This document shows, in pieces, positions 30,334-41,272 of a DNA stretch of 64,000 bases. Made by a program: the position numbers and the translations under genes. Position 1 is the first letter of the stretch; every line of letters begins with the position of its first letter. Below the pieces are notes generated by a model. That model searched no databases and was not told the DNA's origin. It was given only the letters and a program-made list of their open reading frames with translations. The DNA comes from Anaerolineae bacterium (GTDB lineage Bacteria > Chloroflexota > Anaerolineae > S140-20): the NCBI GenBank assembly GCA_027021705.1, contig JALUTT010000005.1, positions 10,838-74,837 on the forward strand. Reading direction: 5' to 3'.

Positions 30334-30545
30334 GATGTGGATTCTGCGGTTACGAGTTCGACCCGGCCAATGCCGAGGCCGCCTGCAGCGGCTGTCCGCT
30401 GCTCGGTGACTGCCACCTGGTTCGCTGTCCGCGCTGTGGTTACGAGATGCCGCCGGAGGCAAAACTTGTGGGCTGGCTGCGTCGGCTGCGCCAGCGTAAA
30501 CGGGCCAAGAAAGCATCTTCACAAGGAGAGACTTCATGCAGTTGA
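30330..30545 (+). CDS. Small Cys-rich protein associated with feoB
   Basis: 7 Cys (CGFC, CSGC, C, CPRC); overlaps both neighbours. Confidence 0.7.
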   Translation: MRCGFCGYEFDPANAEAACSGCPLLGDCHLVRCPRCGYEMPPEAKLVGWLRRLRQRKRAKKASSQGETSCS

Positions 30546-31816
30546 GCGAGAGCGCTCAGGAGTTGCTGGAACTGTTATGGACCGCCATAGAGGAGGAGGC
30601 GAGGCCCGGCTTAGCCATCAAGAACCCGCCACCGGAGGGCCTCGATGAACTGATACAGGCACGCCTGGTTGAGCAAAATGGTGAATGGCTGGTCTTGACC
30701 CCGGCCGGTCGGCCCGAAGCGGCCCAGGCCGTGCGACGGCACCGGCTGGCCGAGCGGCTGTTGGCCGACGTGCTGACCACGGAGGAGGCCCGGTTGGACG
30801 AACACGCCTGTCGCCTCGAGCACGTCCTGGTTGACGGCGTGGACGAGAGCATTTGCACCCTGTTGGGACACCCGCGCTTCTGTCCCCATGGCAAGCCCAT
30901 CCCCCGAGGCAAGTGTTGCCAGCAGATGCGGGAATCGACGGAACGGCTGATCGCGCCGCTGTGCGACCTCCAGCCCGGCCAACGGGGGCAGATCGCCTAC
31001 ATCCAGATGAACAACCCCCGTCGTCTCCAGAAGCTCATGGCGATGGGTGTGCTGCCCGGGGTATCGGTCGAACTGCTACGGCGCTTCCCTTCATACGTAT
31101 TTGAAGCCGGCTACAGCCAATTCGCCGTGGACGAGGAGATCGCTTCCGCCATCTACGTTCGATTAGCCCACGAAGAGAAAGAGAAGGTGACCGAGATCAA
31201 GACCATCCCCAAAACGCTGGAGGCCAACATGAGCTCCGACCGTCTTGCCCGATGGACTTCCGTTCTCTTCGATAGCTCCGTGCTCTCCCTGTTCATCTTT
31301 CCGGCCATCGGATGGAAAGCGGCGGGGTGGAGCGGGGTTGGCTGGGCCGTCGTTGCCCTGCTCATCCTGACCGGGCTCCCCCTGGCCTACATCCTGATCG
31401 GGCTGCGCCGGGGCTGGGTGAGCGACCTGGAACTCAGTCGGCGCGAGGACCGCCCGCGCTTCATCCTGGTCAGCTTGAGCTGTGACCTGCTCGCCCTGGC
31501 GGTCCTGGGCTGGGGAGGTGCCCCGCGCCTGCTGTGGCTGCTGGCCCTGACCTACGCCTGCCTGGGCCTGACCATGTTCACCATCTCCAGCTTCTGGAAG
31601 ATCAGCCTGCATATGGTCAGCGTGGGCGGCTTCGCCACCGTGCTGGTCTACATCTTCGGCCTCGGCGCTCTGTGGACCTACCTGAGCCTGCCCCTGGTGG
31701 CCTGGGCACGCCTGTATCGCAAGAAGCACACGCCGGCCCAGCTCGTGGCCGGGGCCGTGGGGGGCATTCTCATCACCGCCGCCGTCTTCACCTGGGCGGG
31801 GGTAGGCGTCCGGTAG
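30536..31816 (+). CDS. DtxR-family dimerisation domain + FeoA domain, in frame with a multi-TM PAP2-like membrane domain
   Basis: RRHRLAERLL, ACRLEH, CPHGKPIP; FeoA-like KLMAMGVLPG; then WKISLH and HTPAQLVAG membrane domain from an internal ATG at 31229. Confidence 0.75.
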   Translation: MQLSESAQELLELLWTAIEEEARPGLAIKNPPPEGLDELIQARLVEQNGEWLVLTPAGRPEAAQAVRRHRLAERLLADVLTTEEARLDEHACRLEHVLVDGVDESICTLLGHPRFCPHGKPIPRGKCCQQMRESTERLIAPLCDLQPGQRGQIAYIQMNNPRRLQKLMAMGVLPGVSVELLRRFPSYVFEAGYSQFAVDEEIASAIYVRLAHEEKEKVTEIKTIPKTLEANMSSDRLARWTSVLFDSSVLSLFIFPAIGWKAAGWSGVGWAVVALLILTGLPLAYILIGLRRGWVSDLELSRREDRPRFILVSLSCDLLALAVLGWGGAPRLLWLLALTYACLGLTMFTISSFWKISLHMVSVGGFATVLVYIFGLGALWTYLSLPLVAWARLYRKKHTPAQLVAGAVGGILITAAVFTWAGVGVR

Positions 31817-31888
31817 TCCGATTCCGCAGAGCCTCTGCGCTCTCCCCGCCTCGGCGGTGGGGAAAGTGCGAAATGGAGGGTAGAAGGT

Positions 31889-32641
31889 GTGGTGATGGAC
31901 GCTTCGGACACTTCGAGAAAGAACATTCTCCTACAGATGGCCGGACTGGCGGGGGGCGTCGCCGCCCTCTGGCTGCCGCTCTTCGTCCTGCTCTTCTTCG
32001 GCCTGATGCCTGCGTTGGGACTGGACGTCAACCGGTTTGGTGACCCCGGCCACGTCCTGCCCTTCTTCGCCGACCATCCGGTCCTCATCCGGCTGGCCGG
32101 CCTGGTGAACGTCGTCGGGTTGACGGCGGCTGGCTTCTTCGGGCTCGTCCTGGCCCGGCAACTCTATCCGGCCGCGCCCGGCCCGGCGACGCTGGGCGGT
32201 TTCCTGACCCTCGTCGCCTGGCTCCTGATCCTGGTCGCCGAGGCGCTGGACCTGGCCGCCTACGTCAGCCTGCCCGCAACCTACGCCCGCGATCCGTCCG
32301 CCGCCGGGCTGGCCTTCGTCGCCTTGCAGACCGCCGGCCGCATGACCCGCACCTGGGGCTACCTGCTGGTCGGGCTGGGGGTCGGAGCTCTGGGCTGGGG
32401 CATGTCCCGCCAGGCCGGCTGGCCCCGTGGCCTCAGCCTCCTGGGAGTGCTCGGGGCGGCCGTCGGAGTGGTGATGTTCACCCTGGAGTACCTCTTTGTC
32501 ACCCAGACAGGGGATGCGGGGGGCGGCATGGCCCAGGTATTCACGGTGCTCTTCATCGCCACAGGGCTGATCGTCACCCTCTGGCACGCCTGGGGCGGAA
32601 TGCGGCTGGCGAGAGGCCACAACGAAACCTCGGAGGTCTGA
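31889..32641 (+). CDS. Multi-pass membrane protein (DUF4386-like)
   Basis: About six hydrophobic helices, WPRGLSLLG motif. Confidence 0.55.
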   Translation: MVMDASDTSRKNILLQMAGLAGGVAALWLPLFVLLFFGLMPALGLDVNRFGDPGHVLPFFADHPVLIRLAGLVNVVGLTAAGFFGLVLARQLYPAAPGPATLGGFLTLVAWLLILVAEALDLAAYVSLPATYARDPSAAGLAFVALQTAGRMTRTWGYLLVGLGVGALGWGMSRQAGWPRGLSLLGVLGAAVGVVMFTLEYLFVTQTGDAGGGMAQVFTVLFIATGLIVTLWHAWGGMRLARGHNETSEV

Positions 32642-32671
32642 CTGGTTATCGCACAGATTCAGGAGAGGCTA

Positions 32672-35206
<2,535 letters not shown>

Positions 35207-35238
35207 TCCGAGATACCCGAAACCAAGGAGCGGAGCGT

Positions 35239-35856
35239 ATGGCTACTCAGGTCTGTGGGCAGTGTGGAGCCCAACTGATACCAGGAGCCCGTTTTTGTCG
35301 GGTCTGCGGTGCGAAGACTAACCCATCGTCGTCCCGTTCGTCGAAGCGGCCCCGGAGCCGACGGCGCTCCCAGGCTCCGCGACGTCGGATCCTCACGCCC
35401 TTCACGCTGGTCGCGGCGGGCAGCCTCCTGCTCCTCGCGGTCGGCCTGCTCTTCTTGCTCGACCAGGAGCGTCCGGCGCCGGCGGCCAGCACCCTGCCCG
35501 ACACCCACGACGAGGAGGGCATCCCCTACCCGGAGGTGCCTCGCATCCCCTTGGCCGAGGCCAAGGCCCGCTTCGACAGCGGCACGGCGATCTTCGTGGA
35601 TGTGCGCACCCAGGGGGAGTACGAGACAGCTCACATCCCCAACGCCATCTCCCTCCCTCTGGCCGATCTGGAGGTCCGCTACCAGGAACTGCCCAGAGAT
35701 GCGGAGATCATCACCTACTGCACCTGACCGAACGAGGAGTCGAGCGCCCGTGCGGCGCGCATCCTGATGAGCAAAGGGTACACCAACGTCAAGGCGATCC
35801 TGGGCGGCTTCCGCGCCTGGCGAGAGGCGGGATACCCGGTCGCCAGCGGACCGTGA
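35239..35856 (+). CDS. Zinc-ribbon/TM/rhodanese selenoprotein (Sec at TGA 35725-35727)
   Basis: CGQC..CRVC ribbon, TM, DVRT..HIPNA, IITYCT-TGA-PNEESSARAA...ILGGFRAWREAGYP continues in frame and completes the rhodanese fold; SECIS-like hairpin 35744-35758. Confidence 0.8.
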
Positions 35857-35898
35857 GAAGACCGTCCATTCGTCCACCCATTCGCGAGGAGGAACGGT

Positions 35899-36324
35899 AT
35901 GAACCCTGCAGGACGCCTCTCAGCAGGGAGGTGGAGCCTGGGCCTCCTGGCCCTCGTGCTGGTCGTCGGCCTCCTGCTGACGGCCTGTGGCGGCTCTTCG
36001 CCGCGCATCGTCGTGGAGCCCCCGTCCCAGAACTTGGGGGAGGTGCCCCAAGAACCGCTGGAACTGACCTACACCGTCCGCAACGAGGGGGGCAGCCCCC
36101 TGCGGATCGAGAAGGTCAGCACCTCCTGTGACTGCACCCGGGCGACCGTGGACCGGGAGGTGATCCCCCCCGGCGAGTCGGCTCAGTTGCGCGTAGTGCT
36201 CGACCCGACTGAGGAGAACCTGTACGGGAACCTGCTGCGGGTCATCTACATCCGCAGCAACGATCCCGACAACCCGGAGGTCGAAGTGGAGTTCCGGGTC
36301 ACCATCCTCAAGCCGGAGGAGTAG
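35899..36324 (+). CDS. DUF1573-like Ig-fold lipoprotein
   Basis: Lipobox LTAC, NEGGSPLRI, TSCDCT, IPPGES, SNDP. Confidence 0.8.
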   Translation: MNPAGRLSAGRWSLGLLALVLVVGLLLTACGGSSPRIVVEPPSQNLGEVPQEPLELTYTVRNEGGSPLRIEKVSTSCDCTRATVDREVIPPGESAQLRVVLDPTEENLYGNLLRVIYIRSNDPDNPEVEVEFRVTILKPEE

Positions 36325-36329
36325 GGGCG

Positions 36330-37046
36330 ATGATCTTCCGACGCTGGCTGGAGAAGCTGGCCGGGAGCAACACCCTCTACTACCCCGGCTGCGTGACCCA
36401 CTACGCCCTGCCGGAGATCGAAGGCCGCTATGAGGCACTGCTGCGCCAGGCCGGCGTGGACTTCATCATGCTGCCCGGCGAGACCCTCTGCTGCGGCAGC
36501 CCGGTCAAGCGGGCGGGCTACCTGGCCGACTTCGAGACGCTGAAGGCGAAGAACCTGGAGGTCTTCGCCCGCTTCAGCGTGCGCAGGATCATCACCAACT
36601 GCCCGGGATGCTACCACACGCTGAAGCACGATTACGGGTTGGAGACCTACCACGTGACCCAGGTGCTGGCCGACCGCCTCCCCGGTGGTGAGCAAGCCAC
36701 TTCTTCCCCGTCCATCACCTACCACGATCCCTGCCACCTGGGGCGCTGGTCCGGGGTATACGACGAGCCCCGCCGGCTGTTGGCCGAGGCGGGATGGACG
36801 GTGACCGAACTGCCCGACAACCGGGAGCAGAGCCTCTGTTGCGGTGCAGGCGGCGGGGTCAAGGCCAACTTCCCCGAACTGGCGAATGCCATCGCCCGCC
36901 AGCGGCTGGCCCTGGTGGAGAACGGCCGGCTATGTACCGCCTGTCCCCTCTGCTATGCCCACTTCAAGGAAAACGCCGACGGCGTCGAGGTGCTGGAGCT
37001 GAGCCAGGCCCTCGCCCTGGGGCCGGGAGGGGAGGGAACGCGATGA
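36330..37046 (+). CDS. CCG-domain Fe-S protein (GlcF/HdrD C-terminal-like)
   Basis: YYPGC, LCCGSP, TNCPGC, YHDPCHLGR, LCCGAGGG, TACPLC. Confidence 0.88.
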   Translation: MIFRRWLEKLAGSNTLYYPGCVTHYALPEIEGRYEALLRQAGVDFIMLPGETLCCGSPVKRAGYLADFETLKAKNLEVFARFSVRRIITNCPGCYHTLKHDYGLETYHVTQVLADRLPGGEQATSSPSITYHDPCHLGRWSGVYDEPRRLLAEAGWTVTELPDNREQSLCCGAGGGVKANFPELANAIARQRLALVENGRLCTACPLCYAHFKENADGVEVLELSQALALGPGGEGTR

Positions 37047-38218
37047 ACCTGGCAAGCCTGTCGGCCCTCGTCGGCGAAGCGAACATCTCCACGACGGTCG
37101 AGGACCGGATCGTCTACAGCCGGGACGCCTCCCGGCTGGAGGGGGAGTGCCTGGCCGTCGTCTGGCCATCCCACCCCGAGCAGGTGGCCGGCCTGGTCGC
37201 GTGGGCGGAAGCGGAGGACGTGGACCTGGTGCCCCGGGGAGCGGGCACCGGCCTCTGCGGCGGGGCCACCCCCCAGCGTTCGGTGGTGGTGGACCTGTCG
37301 CGGCTGACCCGGATCGGCCCTGTGGACGCGGAGCAGCGCCGGGTGCAGGTGGAGGCAGGCGTCGTCTTGGGGAGCCTCAACCGCCGTCTGGCCCCTCACG
37401 GCCTCTTCCTCCCCGTCATCCCCGGCAGCCACCGGGCCTCCAGCGTCGGCGGGATGATCGCAACCGACGCGGCGGGGCTGCGGGCCGTCCGCTACGGCAC
37501 GATGGCCGACTGGGTGGAGGAGGTCACCTTGGTGGACGGCCTGGGGCGCTGGCACCACCTCACCGGCGAGGCCCTGCGCGACGCGGTGGGCCGGGAGGGG
37601 GTGACAGGCTTCGTCGTCGAAGCGGTCCTGCGGCTGGCCCCCCGACCGGCGCAGCGCACCCTCTCCCTGGTGGCTTTTGACGATCTGGCGGCGCTGCTGG
37701 CCCAGCGGGACCGCTGGCTGGCCGACCCCCGGCTCACCGCCCTGGAGTACCTCAACCGTCACGCGGCCGAGGCCATCGGTTGGGAGGCCCGGCCCCACCT
37801 CCTGGCCGAGTTCGACTCCGACGGCGGGGAGATCGGCGACCCCGATCGCATCGCCGCCCTGTGGCAAGCCCGCGACGGCCTCTACCCGGTGCTGGCCCGC
37901 CGGGGCTACCCCGTCATCGAGGACCCCCAGATCGAGGGGGAGGGGATGGCCGCCCTGCTGGCCTGGCTGGAGGCCGAGGGCATCCCCACCTTCGGGCACC
38001 TGGGCGTGGGGATCGTGCACCCCTGCTTCAGCGCCGACGACGAGCGGGTCGCCGCCTTGTACGAGCGAGTGGCAGCGGAGGGTGGTCGGGTGAGCGGGGA
38101 GCACGGCATCGGCCTGAAGAAGAAAGCCTGGACCGATGCCGCCTTCCGGGCCGAGGTGCAGCGGCTCAAGGCACAGTACGACCCCCACCACCGTATCAAC
38201 CGAGGGAAGCTATGCTGA
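37043..38218 (+). CDS. FAD-linked oxidoreductase (GlcD-like)
   Basis: PRGAGTGLCGG, SVGGMIAT, GHLGVGIVH, SGEHGIG, YDPHHRINRGK. Confidence 0.88.
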   Translation: MNLASLSALVGEANISTTVEDRIVYSRDASRLEGECLAVVWPSHPEQVAGLVAWAEAEDVDLVPRGAGTGLCGGATPQRSVVVDLSRLTRIGPVDAEQRRVQVEAGVVLGSLNRRLAPHGLFLPVIPGSHRASSVGGMIATDAAGLRAVRYGTMADWVEEVTLVDGLGRWHHLTGEALRDAVGREGVTGFVVEAVLRLAPRPAQRTLSLVAFDDLAALLAQRDRWLADPRLTALEYLNRHAAEAIGWEARPHLLAEFDSDGGEIGDPDRIAALWQARDGLYPVLARRGYPVIEDPQIEGEGMAALLAWLEAEGIPTFGHLGVGIVHPCFSADDERVAALYERVAAEGGRVSGEHGIGLKKKAWTDAAFRAEVQRLKAQYDPHHRINRGKLC

Positions 38219-38565
38219 GGGAACTGGCCGAGAACCCACCCTGCATCGAATGCGGTCTCTGTCGGGAAGTCTGCCCCGTCTTCACCATCCTGCGCCAGGA
38301 GCGGATCAGCCCCCGGGGGCTGGCCATCCTGGCCGACCGGGGCATCGCCTCGGTGGTCTTCTATCAGTGCACGCTGTGCCGGGCCTGCCGGGTGGTCTGC
38401 CCCGTGGGCCACGACCCGGCCGGGGAGCAGGTACGCGCCCAGGTGGTCGCCCAGGGGGTGGAGACGGAGGCCAACCGGACGATGATCGAGAACATCCGCA
38501 AGTACGGCAACCCCTTCGGGCCGCTGGAGGAAGGGGAGATCCCGAAGACGCTCACCTGCTGCTAA
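38212..38565 (+). CDS. 4Fe-4S dicluster protein (GlcF/HdrC N-terminal-like)
   Basis: CIECGLCREVCP, SPRG, CTLCRACRVVCP, GNPFG, C-terminal TCC. Confidence 0.85.
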   Translation: MLRELAENPPCIECGLCREVCPVFTILRQERISPRGLAILADRGIASVVFYQCTLCRACRVVCPVGHDPAGEQVRAQVVAQGVETEANRTMIENIRKYGNPFGPLEEGEIPKTLTCC

Positions 38566-38576
38566 GAAGACCTACG

Positions 38577-38699
38577 ATGGATACACGCTATGGAGAGTAT
38601 CTACCGGGCCTCTTGAATGCCCTGGCCGGCTTGGCCGTTCTGCTCGTTGGGTCCCTGGTGGATACACCCTTCCCTTCGCCAAAGGAGATGCGGAGATGA
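38577..38699 (+). CDS. Possible 40-aa single-TM peptide
   Basis: Fills the gap, overlaps the cupin start (ATGA), hydrophobic core LLNALAGLAVLLVGSLV; weak RBS. Confidence 0.3.
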   Translation: MDTRYGEYLPGLLNALAGLAVLLVGSLVDTPFPSPKEMRR

Positions 38700-39085
38700 C
38701 CCAGGAGACGAACCCTTTCTTCGTTAACCCGGCCAATGCCCCCAGAATCACCCAGATGCCGGGGCTCGAGACGACCATCCTTACCGGCCTTCACGGCGAA
38801 AAGATGATGATGGTCCTCAGCGCGACACTGCCCGGCCACACCGTGCCGATGCACTCCCACCCTCACGAACAGATCGGGATGGTGTATGCGGGCAAAGCTG
38901 TGTTGCGCATTGGGGACGAAGAGCGAATCGTGCAAAAGGGGGATTTCTACTGCATCCCCGCCAATGTTCCCCACGGGGATACCTGCATAGGTGATGAGCC
39001 TTTTGTGATGCTGGACATCTTCTACCCCGTGCGCGAGGATTTCATCGAAAAACTCGAACAGGCATCAGGAACACACAAAGGGTAA
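38696..39085 (+). CDS. Cupin domain protein
   Basis: PMHSHPHEQ, IPANVPHG, DIFYPVREDF. Confidence 0.9.
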   Translation: MTQETNPFFVNPANAPRITQMPGLETTILTGLHGEKMMMVLSATLPGHTVPMHSHPHEQIGMVYAGKAVLRIGDEERIVQKGDFYCIPANVPHGDTCIGDEPFVMLDIFYPVREDFIEKLEQASGTHKG

Positions 39086-39092
39086 GAAGCAT

Positions 39093-40292
39093 ATGAAAGC
39101 GCTGCTGCGACTGGTTCTGGCACTGATCACGCTGTGGGCATTGTCCACGGTGACCCAGGCCCAGGAGCCCGAACGCCAAGCCGTCGTCTACTACAACGAA
39201 GCCTGCGACGAGTGTGCCACCTACGTCGAGGGCGAGCTGGCGGAGATCATGGCCGCCTACCAGATCCGCCTGGTGAAGAAGGACTACATCAACCGGCGGG
39301 AGCACCGGCGGGAACTGAACGAGCTGAACGACCGGCTGGGCGTGCCCCTGGACCTGCAGAGCCACCTGGCCACCTACATTGACGACGGGCGCATCATCCT
39401 GCAGGGCGAGCCGCCCCGGCACGTGGTGGAGGCCCTCCTGGCACCGACGGCCAAATTGCCGGAGCGGATCCTGGTCTACGCCGAGGAGGGGAAACAGGAG
39501 AGCTATCGGGTGTGGGCCTTCGCCGGCCCCGTGAAAGACTACCCCGCCGACACACCCATCGAGACCTACCTGACCTGGTTCGAGGCCAATCGCGACACCT
39601 TCGCGGAGAGCAAGGAGCCGGCCCCCCTGCTGCTCCCGGTGGTCCTGCTCACCGGCCTGGTGGATGGGATCAACCCCTGCGCCCTCGCCATCCTGCTCTT
39701 CTTCGTCTCCTTCCTGTTCACCATCCGCAAGACGCGGGTCTCGGTGGCTCAGATGGGAGCCGTCTACATCGGCGCAGTCTACGTGGTCTACTTCCTCATC
39801 GGGCTGGGGCTGCTGCGGGCTTCGACCCTGCTGCGGGGACACTGGCTGGGCCAGGCCGGGGCAGCCCTGCTCGTCCTGTTGGGCCTGACCAACCTGCTGG
39901 GCGCCCTCTTCCCCAACTTCCCCATCCGCCTGGAGGTGCCCGAGGGGAGCAAGGAATCGCTGCAGAAGTGGATGTACCGGGCCACCCTCCCCACCACCCT
40001 GATCCTGGGCACCCTGGTGGGGCTGCACACCTTCCCCTGCTCCGGCGGCCCCTACGTGGCGGTGCTGGGGCTGCTGGCCAGCCAGACCGGCTTCTGGGAG
40101 GGGATCGCCTACCTGGTGCTCTACAACCTGATGTTCGTCCTCCCCCTCGTCGTTGTGCTCATCCTCTCGCTGGACCCGGTGCTGGGCGGCAAGATCCGGG
40201 CCTGGGAGCGCTCCTCGTCGCGCACGGTGCGGGGGGTGACCGGCGGGGTAATGGCCGCTCTCGGCCTTGGCCTGCTGATCTGGGTGCTGTAA
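39093..40292 (+). CDS. Thioredoxin-like (CxxC) domain fused to a CcdA/DsbD-beta-like membrane domain
   Basis: Signal peptide, ACDEC, then DGINPCALA and FPCSGGPY transmembrane cysteines. Confidence 0.8.
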   Translation: MKALLRLVLALITLWALSTVTQAQEPERQAVVYYNEACDECATYVEGELAEIMAAYQIRLVKKDYINRREHRRELNELNDRLGVPLDLQSHLATYIDDGRIILQGEPPRHVVEALLAPTAKLPERILVYAEEGKQESYRVWAFAGPVKDYPADTPIETYLTWFEANRDTFAESKEPAPLLLPVVLLTGLVDGINPCALAILLFFVSFLFTIRKTRVSVAQMGAVYIGAVYVVYFLIGLGLLRASTLLRGHWLGQAGAALLVLLGLTNLLGALFPNFPIRLEVPEGSKESLQKWMYRATLPTTLILGTLVGLHTFPCSGGPYVAVLGLLASQTGFWEGIAYLVLYNLMFVLPLVVVLILSLDPVLGGKIRAWERSSSRTVRGVTGGVMAALGLGLLIWVL

Positions 40293-40340
40293 AAGCGAAG
40301 TGCTGGAAGTCACCGTAAGTCAAGTCAAGGAGGAAACGAA

Positions 40341-41060
40341 GTGGCAGCACGGAAGAAGCGACGGAAGCGAGCCCGAAGGCTCCAATCCCGGGCGCGTCCC
40401 CGGCCCACGCGGGGCCGCACCTGGCTGCGGGGGCACGGATGGCTCATCGGCCTGATCGCCCTGCTGCTGGTGGGCGGCATCGGTGCAGTCTTCCTGATCC
40501 AGCGGGGAACCGAGGACACCCCGCCGAGTGAGGAAGTGAGCCTGGACAAGAGCAAGGGGGCCGCCGATGCCCCGGTGGTGGTGGTGGAGTACGGGGATTT
40601 CCAGTGACCTTACTGCCGGCTTTTCGCCACCGGCGCGGAGCGTCGGCTCGAGGAGGAGTTCGTCAGCCAGGGTAAAGTGCGCTTCGTCTTCCGCCATTTC
40701 GCCTTCATCGGCGACGAATCCCGTTGGGCGGCAGAAGCTTCGGAGTGCGCCAACGAACAGGGCCGTTTCTGGGACTACTACGACAAGCTTTTTGAAGAGC
40801 AATCTGGTGAGAACGTCGGCACCTTCGGCAAGGAGAACCTGAAGCGCTTTGCCGCCGAGTTGGGCCTGGATACCGAGCGGTTCAACCAATGCCTCGATTC
40901 AGGCCGCTATCAGACGAAGGTGCAACAGGAGCTGATCGAGGGCCGCCAGAAGGGTGTTCGCGGCACCCCGACCCTCTTCGTCAACGGACAGCTCATCGAG
41001 CGTGGCGGGGACTACCAGGTGCTCCGGGCAGCTATTCTGGCTGCGCTGGGCGATCGGTAG
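40341..41060 (+). CDS. Membrane-anchored DsbA/BdbD-like selenoprotein (UxxC; Sec at TGA 40605-40607)
   Basis: ORFs 40341-40607 and 40677-41060 share a frame: EYGDFQ-TGA-PYC...GKVRFVFRHF...AAEASECA..QGRFW...GTPTLFVNG; SECIS-like stem 40630-40646. Confidence 0.88.
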
Positions 41061-41272
41061 GTTCCTGCAGGAGGCTGCGGGAACCCTTTCCTCCCTTCCA
41101 GCGTCTAGGGAACAGACGCCCAAGTCTGCTCCGGGTGACGCCTATTCGTGCCCCATTCGCGGAGGGCCCATCTTCCTACCTTGTTGGCGCAGCCGGCGAA
41201 ACAGGGGTACCATCGGGTCGTCACCCGCAGATGGATCACCCGGATGCTGGATGTGCAAGGAGGGAAGTCCCG

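Noticed and set aside
40889..41272. N-terminal extensions in the ORF track for A2M (also 12317, 36794, 37780, 47913, 49241, 54841)
   Set aside because: They overlap upstream genes or regulatory DNA; downstream ATGs fit RBS position or domain boundaries better
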